IMG/VR virus record: IMGVR_UViG_3300013307_000673
Origin: a virus
Taxonomy: Duplodnaviria > Heunggongvirae > Uroviricota > Caudoviricetes
DNA length: 64,000 nt
Reading direction: 5' to 3' (one strand)
Shown: positions 62,844 through 64,000 of the stretch, one piece after another
How the letters are laid out: each line of letters starts with the position of its first letter
How positions within the stretch are numbered: the first letter of the stretch is position 1
Notes under the pieces: model-generated
What the model saw: only the letters and a program-made list of their open reading frames with translations
Database searches by the model: none
Told to the model about the DNA's origin: nothing
Translations under genes and position numbers: made by a program

Positions 62844-64000
62844 TGGCAGAAAAAACAAAACAACTCAAAACGTTTTCACTTCATGAAAAAAATATGAAGT
62901 TTGTTGCCATAATGAAAAAAGCTGTTCTGCGATACAAGCACCTCGAAAATATGTTGAACATTATCCTTGGCAAAGAGGCTGAAAGCATCTTTGCCTTACC
63001 TAAAGAAAAAAGAGACTTCTCTTTCTTCAACCTTCTCACCAACAGTATCATCATGAAGGCAGTTATCTCCGACAACAGCGGCGGCGAGAAAACTCAAGGA
63101 TCTATTCTGAAATGTAAAGCCTTCCTGATCGAAAACCATAATGAGATCTATCAGCAGTTGCTGTCCGAAGGGCAGCAGCTTAATGACAAAAATATTTCTC
63201 AGATTGTAACGCGCTTAGGTAAGGACTGGAAAAACAGCTTTAAAAACCTCGGCAAATACTATGCTAATCCCAGCAAGTTTACAGGAAAACCAGAAACACC
63301 TAAAACCAAAAAGTTAAGTAAGGTGTTTAACTATTCGGTTCCGCTTGAGGTAAGCAAGTTTTCCCTGAAGAAAAAAGACCGTTTGGGTATTAATATCTGG
63401 AAAAAGATGGAATATGTATTTTTCCGGGACAATGATTACATCAAAGATAAAAGAATAAATAATGTTACCGTGGCGCTGTCTCACGGTCATATCTATTATA
63501 AGATTTCTTATGAGAACAAGGTCGAATCTGAGAGAAAAGAGCTTCAGGAAAATGCTGACCAACAGGTTTTAGAAAGAAAAGAAAAAGTGGCTGGCTTGGA
63601 TATTGGCTTGCATCATTTGTTTTCATTGTTTGTTAATGATAGCGATACCGACTCCGTGGTTTATCGTAATGCTAAGATGATTCATTATAACTGCTCCTTT
63701 AATAAACACATGGCTAAGTTAAACAACGAGCTGTCAAGGCACGTGGCTGAATACAGGGAGATTACTAAAAAAGACGGCTCGGTTTCTCAGGTTCCTGAGA
63801 AATATACGTCTTATGGGCAGCATATAAGAAAGCAAATGAGCAATATGTTTAACGCACGCAACCAGTTCTTTGACGGAGAGATGAATAAGCTGTCTTCGGC
63901 ATTACTTTCTTATCTGAAAACCAATGCGGTTTCTGATTTGGTGATTTCTAAAAATCTGTCTTTTGTAAAGACCAGTGGAAACATCAAGCAGCATAAGAAA
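62844..64000 (+). CDS. TnpB-like (IS200/IS605 OrfB, RuvC-fold) protein, partial. At least 385 aa, with the C-terminus beyond the window.
   Basis: Not in the ORF table (no stop in window). AAAAGGAGGG RBS before the ATG at 62844. RuvC-I motif VAGLDIGLHHLFSLFVNDSDTDSVVY. OrfB-like N-terminus (KTFSLHEKNMKF...VLRYKHLENMLN). RuvC-II-like block NARNQFFDGEMNKLSSALLSYLKTNAVSDLVISKNLSF, in which the usual catalytic Glu appears to be Ser. Confidence 0.55.

Noticed and set aside
1-64000. CRISPR arrays, integrase or att sites, rRNA genes.
   Set aside because: No regularly spaced short repeats with unique spacers and no integrase or recombinase-like ORF were found. The only repeats are the 127-bp pair and tRNA-module duplications. 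No rRNA-like sequence.

Overview
This is an AT-rich (roughly one-third GC) accessory region with about 95 densely packed, mostly small, mostly minus-strand genes. Nearly every gene or gene pair is followed by a strong GC-stem and T-run intrinsic terminator. Three tRNA islands (42.2-45.1 kb, 46.7-47.0 kb, 53.6-54.2 kb and 59.6-60.9 kb) lie among the small ORFs. This architecture fits a large virulent dsDNA phage (T4-like or jumbo myovirus) of a Gram-negative, probably enterobacterial, host; that assignment is inference only. The host guess rests on a tRNA that is near-identical to E. coli tRNA-Ile2, on lipobox and signal peptides, and on sigma70-like promoters.

I could parse nine canonical tRNAs:
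- Ser(GCT), Leu(TAA), Leu(CAA), Ile2/Met(CAT) and Arg(CCT), one each.
- Arg(TCT) and Phe(GAA), two copies each.

At least six further tRNA-like genes have perfect acceptor and T-arms but an aberrant anticodon arm (tight 3-5 nt hairpins, 8-10 nt loops, or a 217-nt split gene). A conserved promoter, TTGTAC-N17-TAT(A/G)AT, recurs upstream of the tRNA genes.

Several recognisable proteins are unusual for a phage:
- a methyl-accepting chemotaxis protein (MCP) signalling-domain protein
- a type IV pilin
- a dipeptidyl-peptidase III (M49) homologue
- an SPFH/band-7 protein
- an ankyrin-repeat protein
- a CE4 polysaccharide deacetylase
- a YfaE-like 2Fe-2S ferredoxin
- a DUF262 (ParB/GmrSD-N-like) protein next to a P-loop kinase
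- a possibly degenerate HNH-like homing-endonuclease-like protein with a NUMOD1 motif
- a TnpB-like (RuvC) ORF truncated at the 3' window edge

Paralog families are prominent:
- a tandem array of five about 350-aa N-anchored membrane proteins (6.2-11.7 kb)
- a triplet of Cys-rich zinc-ribbon proteins
- several tandem paralog pairs
- two dispersed 49-aa basic proteins

Most products are hypothetical. Coordinates of tRNAs, promoters and terminators were derived by hand and may be off by one or two nucleotides.
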